Of a stretch of DNA of 64,000 nt, positions 12,901-25,419 are shown piece after piece. Source of the DNA: Vicugna vicugna (Eukaryota); assembly GCA_013265495.1 (NCBI GenBank), contig MU058226.1, forward strand, positions 954,741 through 1,018,740, given 5' to 3'. The notes below the pieces were generated by a model that was not told the origin of the DNA, did no database searches, and worked only from the letters and a program-made list of their open reading frames with translations. Every line of letters starts with the position of its first letter. The stretch's first letter is position 1. The position numbers and the translations under genes are program-made.

Positions 12901-15900
12901 CTGCTGTTGGAGGCTTGAAACAGGAGATGGTGGGACTGGGATGCTGCGGTTCTTCACGGGCCGCTGGGTCACCGGAGCGGATCACAGTCTTCCCTTCCGG
13001 AGAGGCTGGAGAGAGTTTGACTTTCAGAATGGCGAAACTTAGAGGAAGGCCTACCACCGCGTGAAGGAGATTTGGGGGAGGGCTGACTCAGAGGGGAGAC
13101 TTGAACGGGAGAGAAAGCTTTGCGAAGTTACCTGCTGGTCCCGTCCTGTTAGATACCGGCTGCATTTTGAGCGAGACAGCCGCGAGGAGGTGGAGCGGAG
13201 AAAGAGAGCAGCCCGGGAGCAAGTGCTGCAGCCTGTCAGTGCTGAGCTGCTGGAGCTGGACATCCGGGAGGTCTATCAGCCAGGTTCCGGTGAGTGAGAG
13301 CCCAACACCAGGTTGCTTGGGACAGGCAATGGGCTGAGGGAAGGAGTTTGGAAGAGTAAGAGCTGACTGGGAGGAAGGGGTCTGGGATGCACCTATGAGT
13401 CCTGAAACTATTCTCAGACTTATTTGGGCTTTTTCTTGATTTCCTAGTCCTGGACTTTCCCCGACGTCCTCCTTGGAACTATGAGATGTCCAAGGAGCAA
13501 CTGATGAGCCAGGAGGAAAGGAGCTTCCAGGAGTATCTTGGGAAGATTCACGGGGCTTACACCTCTGAGAAGCTCAGCTACTTCGAGCACAATCTGGAGG
13601 TGAGAATACAGTGGGGACAGGAGTGGGGCATGGTGACCCATGGTCAAATTGGTCTGGGGTCAGGCGGGAGAGTGACTCTGAGCTCAGGTTCTCTTCCTCT
13701 GACCTTGTCTTTTCAGACATGGAGGCAGCTGTGGCGAGTGTTAGAGATGTCTGACATTGTTCTGCTAATTACTGATATCCGACATCCAGTGAGTCCTGGG
13801 GATGAGGGTGTGCGAAGGGGAGGAGGGAGGAAGATTCTTGATGGGTAAAGGGCAGAGGCAGGAGTTGGGAGCCAGAAAGGTAATCTCTTCCTTTCTGGTC
13901 TCCTCTACCCCATGCTGATGTCTTCAGTCAAGAACTCAATTTTTATTCATCCATGTCACAGCCTATCACTCCTCTCCTGGTCAATTGACTCCACTCTCCT
14001 ATATTTTTTTGATGGAAGAGTGGGCTGTTTCCTAGCCCTTCAGAGCTAATAGAGCTCCTAGTGTCAAGCTCCAGGGGATTCTATGAAGACAGCTGGGGTT
14101 TAACCCCCTGGCCTGCCACATGGGTCACTACAGAACTCAGCCTCAGCTGGGATGCTAGGGTGTGGTTAAGGCTCTAGACTGTGCTGCTGGACAGCCCCTG
14201 TGTGAACTTGGCTTTGCCACTTGCTGTTGTTCTCCAGTGGGAGAAAAGGAGGTCTGAGGTTTGTGCAGACATTTAGGTTGGAGGGCCTTAATGACATACA
14301 CGCCTGTGTGCTCCTAGACATATGCATGCATACACATGCTTTCTTATGCAGCCACTCTTGCTCAATACAAACACGCACACACATGGCTTGCATGTACATA
14401 TGCCTGCGTACACATGTAGACAGTTGTCTAAATATGAAAATAGATATTAATTTCTATCCCAACTCCCATCCCTGTGTGTGATCCCAGCCTTCACCCCAGT
14501 GTGCTAGGGGTCACTATTTCTTCATCTTGTTTTTAGCTCATTTCCATCCCTAATTAGGCCCTGTGCTAAGCCCCTAGAGACCAATGCATAGGTGTTACTT
14601 ACCCCAGCTTGTCCTCCTAGTTCAGTTTGGCTGATTTGTCCTTGTTGCCCCAGGATCTGCTACCACCAGGGTCTCATCTCCAAAGCTGTGCCTGGTGAAT
14701 GGGGAGCTGGAGGCAGAGAACCCTGGGTTGACCTCTTATCACTCCCTCCTCTTACCATCCCTGTTCCAGGTTGTGAATTTCCCACCAGCACTTTATGAGT
14801 ATGTGACTGGAGAGCTTGGGCTGGCCCTGGTGCTGGTCCTGAACAAGGTGGATCTGGCCCCACCAGCCCTTGTGGTTGCCTGGAAGCATTATTTCCACCA
14901 ACACTATCCCCAGCTCCACATTGTCCTTTTCACCTCTTTTCCTCGGGACCCTCGCACCCCACAGGACCCTAGCAGCGGTGAGTGGGCAATGAAGAGGACA
15001 ATGTGGGAGTGGGAGAGGTGGGTGGCAGGGACAAAGGGGAACCTGATCTTGGGCCTGAGGGTGGCAGGACAGAGAGGGTGCATAAAGCCCATGGGGTGTG
15101 CTTATGCTTTTGTGCCCTCTGATCTCAGTCTTGAAGAAGAGTCGGAGGCGGGGGAGAGGATGGACTCGGGCCCTGGGGCCAGAGCAGCTACTGAGAGCCT
15201 GTGAAGCCATCACTGCCGGGAAAGGTATGTGCCCCTTAGAGGGGAGCTGTCGGAGGCCCAGGGGGAGATGAAGGCCTTGGTTCACTTTGCTCACCTTTCC
15301 CGGAGTCAGTCCCTCTCTTTTGGACTCAGGCGAGAGACCACAGGGAAGGACAGAAGAGACAGCAGCCTGACTTAGTGGGACAAGAGAGGCAGCGGGTAGG
15401 CAGGAGCCCCAGTGGTTTGCTGCCTTCATTCTTTTGAGTCAGAAACTCAAATGCACGTGATTCCACGGTGGGGTCAGGTGAAGGCTGGGGAGAGTCGGCC
15501 ATGGTGTCCAACTCCAGAGGGCACCACTGGTCTGCGCCATTGTACACAGTGGCCCTGGAGAGAACCTTCTTCTCCTTCCTTACGCAGTGGACCTGAGCAG
15601 CTGGCGGGAGAAGATTGCCCGGGATGTGGCTGGGGCCACCTGGGGCAATGGCTCCGGGGAGGAGGAGGAAGAGGAGGACGGGCCGGCCGTCCTGGTGGAG
15701 CAGCAGACTGACTCAGCCATGGAGCCAACAGGCCCCACACGAGAGCGCTACAAGGACGGGGTGGTGACCATCGGCTGTGTGGGTAAGGAAGCAGTGGCCC
15801 ACGTGTGGCGGCCTTCTGGGGGCACGGAATTTCAGTATTTGGAAAAGAGGGCAGGTGTCAGGTCCTGTTAGGCTCCAGGGTCTTATGCTGTGGTGGCAGG

Positions 15901-18900
15901 ATTGCTGCATGGTGGAGTTAAATGCCACCTCTTCTCTCAGTTTGTTGATCTCGAGCAAGTTATTTCTCCACTCTCAGTCTAGTGACTTTGATTTAAAAAA
16001 TGAGGACAGTGATGCTCAATTAAAAGAATGGATGTGAGGACTGGAAGGAAGTATACAGAGGGCCTAACAAAACTTGGCAAACAATGATAAAAGTAATAAT
16101 AATAATTATTAAAAGTTTAACATTTACATGATGCTTGCTGTGTACCAGGTATTATTCTAAGCGATTTACATGGTGACTGTTTCAGTTCTGTACTTAGTCC
16201 AGAGTAGAGTAATCCTTAAGTTGTAGTAGGAGCTTAGCAAGTATCAGCTTCTGTCTGGGTCTTAACTCTTTAGGTCTCCTGTCTGTGAGAATCTTCCCTT
16301 AATTAAGAGCTTTGTCTGTGCTCTTGGTTGGGGAGAAAGGAACAGAAAATTAGGGCCAGGGCCCCTTTTCTTTTGAGGTAGGACAGGTGAGAAGTGACTT
16401 GGACAAAGGTGTGGTAAGCGAGGTGATAATTGGAACCAAAAAAAGGCCCAGTCCAGGAGAAATTAGGGAAAGCAGAGTAGTTTAGCTCCTTGGAAATGTT
16501 CCTGACTTATCTTTCAGTCTCCTTTTTGTCTTGACAAAAACCTGCCTGACTGCTGACGGATGGCTCCCCTTTCCAGCCATTTCCCCCCAGCTTTGCCTCC
16601 CCTGGCGTCTGAGCCCAGCTCTCCCACACAGGGGCCCTGTGCCTCTCCCCTGTGCCTCTCTCGGTAGCCACTGCACTGACCTGTCTGGGTTCAGGGTGGT
16701 GGAATGGGGAGAGCGTTGCTGTGGCCCAGGCAGCGCTGAGTTTGGATTTCCCTCCAGCTCTCATTCACTTACCCATCGGACAGATACTTACCCAGCACCA
16801 GGTGCTGTTCTAGGGATGGAGTACGTTGCTGTGAAAATGGCAGAAAAGTCCCTCCTCTCACGGAGCTTGTTTTCTTGGGAGTAAATTGATGCGTGATCTG
16901 AAATCCTGTATTTAGGGAATAGTGACTGGGACAGGAGAGGTCCTCAGGGAAAGCCCCCCTGAGGAGAGCCTGGATGCTGAGTTGAAGTGGCCATTTGGAG
17001 ACGTGAGGAGAGTTCCTTCCAGGCCAAGGGGTCTTGAGGTGGGAACGAGCTTGGTGATTGTGGGGCTAGCCAGAGTGCCAGGGGGACTGGGGAATGGGAG
17101 CCCCGAAAGAGAATCGAGGATGAGGTCAGAAAGCTCAGGGGCCACATCATGTAAGGTCTATGAGAAGGTGTTTTGGATTTTATTCCAAGTCTGATGAGAA
17201 GCCAGTGGTGAGTTCTGAGCAGGGGAATGACAGGATCTGATTTCTTGTTTTAGAAGTTTGCTGTGTCTGCTGAGAAGAGAATGGTGGGGCTGGGCAGGAC
17301 AGGAAGCAGAGGGAGTGTGGTCAGAGGCTGTCCCAGACTAGAGAGAAAGAAGACTTGCTCAGAGCAGAGTGGTCGAGGTGGAGGTGGGGAGACAGGTCAG
17401 AATCAGAATATATTTTGAAGTTAGAGAACGAGGTTGCTGATGGGTTGCACTTGGGGCCTAAGAGAAAGTGAGGAATAAAGGAGGACTTCCAGGGTTTTGT
17501 ACTGAGGAGCTGGGAATACTGAGATAGGAAGACTGGGAGAGGAGCAGGTTTGGAGGGATTGGGGAAAGGAATCAGAAATTAAATCTGAGATTCTTTTTAT
17601 ATATCTCAAGTGGAGATGTTGACCAGGCGGTGGGTATAGGAGCCTGGAGCTTAGGGGAGAGGACTGGAGATTTGAATTCGGGCAAGATTTAAATTTGGGG
17701 AGCCACTAGTGAATATAAATGATATTTAAAGCCATAGGCTTGGATGAGATATGGGAGAGGAGGTAGGCGGAGAGAAGGCCAAGCCATTTAGAGGCTGGGC
17801 AAAGGAGGGCAAAGCCAGGAGTGTCCCAGAAGTCAAATGAAAAAGGTTTAGAGAGGAAAACAACAGGGACTTACTGTATAGCGTAGGGAACTATATTCAG
17901 TATTTTATAATAAACTATAATGGAAAAGAAAAAAGACACATACATGTATGTATATAATTGAATCACTTTGCTGTAAACCTGAAACTAACACAGTATTGTA
18001 AATCAACTATACTTCAGTTTTAAAAAGTGATAAAAAATTTGGAGAGGCAGGGAGGGCTCAGCTGTGTCAAATGTTGCTGACGGGTTGAGTGAGATAAGAA
18101 CAGACTTGCTCAGCAGCTGGGCAGGGTGATCAGTGGTTTCAGGGAAGTGGAGGAGAGAAAGATAGATTAGGGTGGCCCCAAGAGACCGGCACCGACATGG
18201 CAGAACTGCACCGTCTGCTGTAGTTCATAGTCACAAAGATGGCAGGAAGAAGTGGTGACAAAAAATAGATAAGTCTTTGAGTTTTACTATAAAGGGAACA
18301 GAGGGATAGGGCCGGTAGGGGTTGTCAAAAGAGAGTTGTTTCCCCTTCCCCTTCTGAAAGGAGACACGGTCACGGAACCCGTGGGTACGGAGGGCCGACT
18401 GTACTGCACCATTTTATATAAGGGACTTGAGCATCCATGGATTTTGGTATCCTCAGGGGCTGCTGGAACCAATTCCCTGTGGATCCCGAGGGCCAGCTGT
18501 ACTCGAGCGGGTTGTAAACGCAGCACAGTCAGCACCGTGGTGCATCTTTGCCCAGGCTTAGTCAGCTGCCCGGGAGCAGGTGCTGAGTGGACAGAATTGC
18601 ATTTTACAGGGTTGGGGTTTTGCCGGGTGACTAAAAAGGGGAGAGGCGGGGCCAGGGAGTTGAAGGTCTATTAAGGGGACTGGCCGTCCAGCTGGATCAT
18701 GGAATCTAAGTTGGGTAAGAAGGGAAGAGAGGCCATGGGCTGATTATTGAATGCTGTATCTGTGTTAGTCAGGGTCAGATTTATTGGAATGGAGGAACCA
18801 GAATAAGAGAGCTGGAAAGATGGATGTCAGGGCAGAGAGAGGGGTGCTTGCAGTTGAGGTTTGTAAAGTGTGAAGTGTCAGGTCCGGCTCAGAGCACAGA

Positions 18901-20844
18901 GGTGGGGTTGACAAACCTTTGGAAGGGAGATTCTGGCACTGAGAGGCCAGAGTGCTGCCCGGGAGATCTGTGCAGATGCTGAAGTCAGCCAGAATGAAGG
19001 TGGTGTCATGAGGAGAGTGCAGTGAGCCCCTGGGCTTCCAGTCTCCTTCTTGGAGAAGTTTTGATAATCATGGGACATGTGTCTCACTGGTATCGGGCAC
19101 TCAGTCTACCGCAGGCATAGCCACACAATTGTATTAGTTTCTCATTTCACCCTGACCACTCTGAGGCTGGAGGTATCCGCTCTGTAAAATGCAAAAACAG
19201 AGATTCAGAAAATTAAGTAAATTGCCTTGAGGTCACAAAGCTTGGCTAAGCAGGGAGGCCAGGATTTGGCCCTGGGAGTCCACAGCCTGATCTGTAACTT
19301 GAAATGTTATACAGCTTCCTTTATTCCTCCTGCGCCCTGGTTTCCCTTTCATCTTCAGCTACAGTACTGCATCCTGCCTGTCCCAAAGTTAGGATCTGTC
19401 AGATGTTAATTTTCCTTGTCTTCTTCAGGTTTCCCCAATGTGGGCAAGTCCTCGCTGATCAACGGGCTGGTGGGGCGGAAGGTCGTGAGCGTCTCCAGAA
19501 CCCCGGGCCATACCCGGTACTTTCAGACCTACTTCCTCACCCCCTCCGTGAAGCTCTGTGACTGTCCAGGCCTCACCTTCCCCTCCCTTCTGCCCAGGCA
19601 GTTGCAGGTACGAGGGCAGAGTGGGCAGCTGTGGCGAGAAGCCTGGAGGCCAGGAAGGTGCTGAGCGCTCTTGTCTCCCCTCAGGTCCTGGCGGGGATCT
19701 ACCCCATTGCCCAGATCCAGGAGCCATACACGGCCGTGGGCTACCTGGCCTCCCGAATCCCTGTGCAGGCCCTGCTCCACCTGCGCCATCCAGAGGCTGA
19801 GGACCCCTCCGCAGAACACCCCTGGTGTGCCTGGGACATCTGTGAAGGTGGGTTCCGTATGCCTGGCTTCTCCCCTCCCCTCCCCTCTCTCCGCAGAAGT
19901 CCTGCCATCAACCAGGTGGCTGGCCACTCACCCCTAGACTTCTGTCTCAGGGCCAGCAAGATCTTGGCCTGGAATGTTCTGGGGGAAACTGGAAAGACTG
20001 TATTAGGGTAGTGGGGTGATGGTGACTGGGCCCAGTTGATGGGCTTCCCTCCCCATTATCCTTTTTTCTCTCCAGCTTGGGCAGAGAAACGTGGTTACAA
20101 GACAGCCAAGGCGGCCCGAAATGATGTGTACAGAGCGGCCAACAGCCTCCTGCGGCTGGCATTGGATGGCCGTCTCAGCCTGTGTTTTCACCCGCCAGGC
20201 TACAGCGAGCAGAAAGGTCAGTCAGCCAGTGTCCTTCCCCAGCCCCTGCTCTAGCGCAGGCAAAAGGGTGTGAGATTTGTGGCCACACAGAGCGAGGATT
20301 CCGGATTCTGCACCCATTGGCCAGTTGGATGTTACTAAGCATCTCTGAGACTACTTCCTGATCTGCAAAACCAGAGTGGTAGCTGCCCCCAGCAAGGTGG
20401 GGGTCGAGACTGGAGTTAACGTGTGCAGAACTTCTGTTTGGTGCCCAGCACATGAGAGGCTGAATGAATGAGTGAACAGATGAATGCCAGCAGCTATAAA
20501 AGTTATTGTTATTCGTAGTCTTTGCCTCTTCCCCATCTTTTCCTGGTGTTAGTTTCTTGCTCAAAACTCTCCTCCATTCTTTTTCTTGTTTTGGTTCCCC
20601 AGGCACCTGGGAGTCCCATCCAGAGACCATGGAGCTGGTGGTTTTGCAGGGCAGGGTGGGGCCAGCAGGTGACGAGGAGGAGGAGGAAGAGGAAGAGCTG
20701 AGCAGCTCCTGTGAGGAGGAGGGAGAGGAGGACCGGGATGCGGATGAGGAGGGGGAAGGGGATGAGGACACCCCAACCTCAGCTCCAGGGTCCAGCCTGG
20801 CCGCCCGAAACCCATACGCCCTGCTGGGCGAGGATGAGTGCTGA
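12167..20844 (+). CDS. GNL1: Guanine nucleotide-binding protein-like 1, circularly permuted GTPase, 607 aa
   Basis: Exons (+): 12167-12239, 12659-12824, 13153-13289, 13448-13599, 13717-13788, 14770-14977, 15129-15224, 15588-15782, 19429-19607, 19685-19847, 20076-20216, 20603-20844 = 1824 nt, GT-AG and in phase. G4 NKVD precedes G1 GFPNVGKS, G2 TPGHT and G3 DCPG; acidic tail ends NPYALLGEDEC*. Confidence 0.97.
16760..18230. mobile_element. L2 LINE remnant in GNL1 intron 8
   Basis: Purine-rich L2-like sequence (tttggattttattccaag...ttctgagcaggggaatgaca; gctgtgtcaaatgttgctga), interrupted by an L1 3' end. Confidence 0.6.
17855..18030 (+). mobile_element. Cetartiodactyl-type L1 3' end
   Basis: tactgtatagcgtagggaactatattcagtatttt...aatcactttgctgtaaacctgaaactaacacagtattgtaaatcaactatacttca; related copy at 58905. 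Confidence 0.75.
18365..18502 (+). mobile_element. MER2-like Tigger fragment
   Basis: ccattttatataagggacttgagcatccatggattttggtatcc...gagggccagctgTA. Confidence 0.7.
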
Positions 20845-20934
20845 GTCCTTGTCCTGCTCCATCCTCCCCCCGACCCCTAATATCTTTGCTTTTGGACTGA
20901 CCTGGGGTCTCTCCCATCTGCCGCCCCAGTTATG

Positions 20935-20940
20935 AATAAA
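20935..20940 (+). terminator. GNL1 proximal poly(A) signal
   Basis: AATAAA 90 nt after the TGA stop. Confidence 0.7.
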
Positions 20941-23179
20941 GATTGTCTGCTTTGTAGCCCCTTCCCCAGATGGACTGAGGTGAAAGCAGCTGTGGGAGGC
21001 TTCTCTGCTCTCCTCCCTTCTTTTTCCAAGCATTCTCTTTGCAAAGGAAGTGTTCTCTTAGGAGCTGATTCAGTGGGTTCTAAGGTCTGAAACCTGCTTC
21101 CTCTGCTCACTCTCCTACTTGTACCTTAGGAACCCCATCATCAACATGGGGAAGGGGGGGGTCACTTCAGGCTTTTGAGGCCTGTTCTAAATCCAGCCCC
21201 CTTTGAGAGTTTGTGCCAGGCCCTCTGGGACTGGAGCAGCAGCCAGTGCGCCCCCTGCTGCCAGACCTGGGTTATACCAGGAGCTTCTGGGAGAAGAAGC
21301 AGTGAAGAGTTGTTACAGCTGATGTCTCCAAGTGAGATTTTCACAGGATTTATTCGAAGTCAACAAATATTTATTGAGGGCTGACTGTGTGTCTGGACTT
21401 ATGCTACACACTGAACATATAAAGATGCCTGACCTGAATAGACAGCCTGGCCATGATCAAGATCCCGTTATCAGGCACCCTACTTGTTGGATTAAGAAGG
21501 GTGTATAATGTTCTCCAAATCCTTAGGTCTCATGCAATATAATTCTAGAATCTCCTGTTGATGGAAATATTTAATTAAGACTAAAGGCTTGTGAAAATGT
21601 TAATTAAATGTGCACGAATAGTCTTAATTACTGGCAAACAAGTAGCGTGCACATTTATGATTTGATCAGGAGCCCTTTAAGTGTTAAGTTTCATTATTTA
21701 AAAGCCTGTATACACTCAGGGTGTACTAGATTCATAGGGAAGCACACAGAACCGGTCTCCTGAATCCCACTTACCCTGGCTTGGGACGAGCCAGGGAGAC
21801 CCAGTGCAGGGTCTGAGCTGTCTTGCCATGTCAGGCAAATCTCAGCAGAGATCAGCTCTCTTATGAGTCAGGGCATCTTAGGCCTGACTGTACTTCTCTG
21901 TTGTCAAGCAAGCAGTTGAACTCCTAGATTTAATTCTTGGAGAAAAGAGAGAGAATAGGCTTTGGTTTATTGGCTGCCACAGTGTCGTCTGGGTTGGGCA
22001 GTAGCAAAAAGTTGTTTGATAGGTTAGCCGTTAGGTGTAGGGGTGAGGAGAAGCAGGATGCCAGCTTCCTGTCTTTATTCTCAAGCATCCCACTTTGATT
22101 CTGGGGCCCCCAGCCAGTGTCTGTAATTCCAGCAGAGACCCTGTCACCCCAGGATCAAAAGAGGCTGAGATGTTTGGGCCACACATTCCCTCCAGCTCCC
22201 CTGTCATTGGTCCCAGTGAGGACATAGTCCGGGAATTTGCACTCCAGTGCAAAGTTTAAATACTACCGGCATGTGAACGTGCATGAAGATTGTCGAAAAT
22301 GTGCTGTAAAAAAGTTTCAGTGGAGAGAAAAACCCACCTGTCTCCCATCTTAGTCTTTTTAGCCGCAGGGCTGTGTCTTCTGATGGAAGAAAGGGAACCC
22401 CAGCTCAGTGTCCTGTGAGGATTCATGATGATCAGGGAAGCTCAGGGGACTTCTCTGCTGTTGGAGGTAGCACTGCTACTGGGGACGTTGGGAGTGTCTC
22501 AAAAAGTGGAGAAAAGTGAGAAAAATCAGAATTTTATTTGTACCCTTGCCTCTGTGCTGCTTCTCTTTGCTTGTCTTTATCTCTTGTTGAGTTTCTCCAG
22601 GGGCATTTAGGAGATCTGGGAGTGGGGATGAGAGTTGAGGCCTGGCGCTGAGGAGGTGGGTTTTTACACTGAAGATCTGGAAGGAGGTAACCCTAACATC
22701 CCCAGGGAGCTAGACTGGAAATGATTCTTCTCAGGTCCCTGTCAGTGACTCACTCTGTAGGAAAGTAACACTGGGAAAGAACTATCTTAGCAACAGATTT
22801 GGTAGGATAAACAATAACCCAAAACCAGTGCCTGAGGCTGAGGTTGAAACTGACTAAAAGACAAAGGAAATTGAGGCCAGTCTCTCCTCAATGAAATACC
22901 CAGGACCCCTGTCCTCACACCCCTCTACCTGGGCCACATCCACTGTGGAGATACTTAACCATGGAGGTCTCAGGCTCTGAGAGTTCCCACAGCTTCTGTT
23001 TCTTGATGGAGAGAAACTAGTGCTTCTCTTTCATGCTGGAATTCCATTTAGATGCTGAACAACTTCCTTCTGAGCTTCCCTTTTTCTAGACTGAGTTCCA
23101 GTCCTGGTTCTGGGACAAGGTAGCTGTGTGTGGTCCAGAATAGTTCAATTATCTGGGCCTCTAATTCTTTATTTCTTAT

Positions 23180-24600
23180 TATCATTGATACAATCAACAA
23201 AATTGGTTGAAGACAATGTCAGATATGCTGAGTTCTGGGACAAAACAAAGTTGAGTAAGGAATAGACCTTACCCTCCAAGAATAGAATAGCCAGACACTA
23301 ATAATAATATAATTCCATAGCACTGTGTAAATTATAAAGGAATTACTTTACATGAATCTATTGAACTGTTGTAACTAAGTAGATAGAAATGTAATCACCC
23401 CAGGGATTCATTAGACAATCGAATATTTGTCGAACAATTAAAACAATTACTATTTTGCCAGTTGCTGCTCAGTGGTTAGTGATACAGAAATGGTCACAAT
23501 TTATTGAAAAATGGAAGCAATTAAATAGATAATTACCAAAAAAGTGTGATAAGTGCCATGAGAAAGGGTGGAACAAGGTTCCGTGGGCTAGTGGTGGCTC
23601 CACGTAGAAGGGTCTTGTGATGCTGGTCAGGAAGGAGTGGAGGACAGGTCTGGAAGCTGTGATGCTGTAGCAAGTTATGTGAGGCTGAAAAAAAATCAGT
23701 GGTCTGTGGTAAAGAATTGCTATGGGAACACTCAACAGGGGCCAGTCTTTGTGAGTTAGAGGAAGCCTCTGAGAGGAACAGAGATCCAAGTTGAGGCCTG
23801 AATATAGAGCAGGAGTTAGCCAGGCTCACTCACAGAGGAGACAGCAAAAGTCAAGGAACAAGCACAGGACAGTTTGGCAAGACTCATTCAGCATGGCTGG
23901 GGCAGACAAGTGAGGAAAGGTGAAGTTGGAGAAGTAGGGCTGGGCCACCTCTCACTGGGCTTTGTCAGCCATGCTAAAGATGAAGACTTTATCCAGAGGA
24001 ATGCTGAAAAATTTTAAGCCTAAGACCAAGAAGGAGAGATTTGTGCCTTAGATCATTTTGGTTGCAGTATGGAGACTGGCTTGAAAAGAGGAAGAGAGAC
24101 CAGAGGCTTTTGCAGAGATCCAGGGGAAGGGAATGGAAACCAGAATTCAGGGGCTTGAAGGAAGAGGTGTGGCTGCAGATTTGGGCATCATTAGCATGTG
24201 GGTGGGAGGAGAGTAGCTGAGATCACCCACCAGAGAGTGTTTAGCATGAGAAGAGAAGAGGGCTGAGGAATGTGGAGAAGATATATAAATGAGGGCAGGG
24301 AAAGAGGAACCAGCAGACAGGATAAAACCTAGGAAGTATGGTGCGATGAAAGCCAGGGGAAGGAGGAAGGAAGGGCGCCACATGGAATGCTGCTGAGAAG
24401 TGATGACAAGAATGAAGTGTCCACTGGATTTAGTAACAAGGAGCCTTGCTGATCTTAGCGGGAGCAGTTTCATGGGATAGGTGAGATCAGATGTCCCGGA
24501 TGTCAAAAGATTGAGGAATAATTTGGAAGAAGGAAGTGGAGAAAAGGATATAATTTTCAAGAAGTGTGGTTGTGTTGCAAAGAGAAAGATGTAGAGAGCA
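23180..24600. mobile_element. L2 LINE remnant
   Basis: Degenerate L2 motifs (gccatgctaaagatgaagactttatcc; tgtccactggatttagtaacaaggag...ttcatgg). Confidence 0.55.
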
Positions 24601-25419
24601 GAATATGTAAAAATGAGGAATTTTTTTTTAAAGTTTTGAGCGTTTTAACATGTTGTTTGGAAGAAGGGTTAAGTGAAGGAGGAAAGGTTGAGAGTGCAAA
24701 GTGGGGACTAGTGATGAAACAAGCCCTGGAGAGCGGGCGGGGGTGGCACTGACAGTCCCAGTGCAGGGATTACCCTCCGGCAGGAGCCTCGTGGCTTCTG
24801 CCGTAATAGGAGGAAACAGCGCTGACATTCAGCCGGTTTGCACTGGTACAGCTCAACCAGTTGTTTAAACACTTCTGTACCAGTTAGTAAGTAGTTAAGA
24901 GTAACTGCAATAAGCAGTAAATATAATTAATAAAATAAATTATAATATGAACTCATCAGTTCAAGCTGATTAAGAGATCGCGACAGCCATTGGTAAATGG
25001 GCTACCTGCTGCACCTGAGACGCTCTGCAGCGCCATCTGCCGGTGGGGCAGCATCACTGCAGGCTGAGCGGCTGCTTTGCGCCTTACTAAACTCTACAAC
25101 TGCCTGTTTAAATTTGAATTCTGGAGTTGCTACTGCTTCTAAATAGTTTAGCTTCTACTTTGATTTTATTGCTAGTACATTGTCATTCTTGTGTCAGTAG
25201 TAAGTTACAGTGTTTTACTATTTACAAATTCAAGAATTTTTAATAAAATGTTAAAACCAAACTTGAATAAAGAGACAATAAAGTTTGGATATGTTTCTTA
25301 GTGTGCCTTCTGAAATATAATTGAGAATCTTTTGTTTCCACGGGAGAACAAAGAAGAGATTATATTAATGAGCTGCTGCCTGGAATGTCTTCTGTTACTG
25401 TGTAAAAAAAAATATGGAA

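Noticed and set aside
14752..15429. 225-aa ORF antisense to GNL1 (also 20175-20771 and 11974-12531)
   Set aside because: Shadow or alternative frames of GC-rich exons and a CpG island; no recognisable protein.
22425..22610. 61-aa hydrophobic ORF resembling a leader peptide
   Set aside because: No convincing donor, promoter or downstream class I-like exons.
24830..25400. Possible hAT DNA transposon remnant (also 31420-32340)
   Set aside because: Resemblance too weak to assign without a repeat library search.
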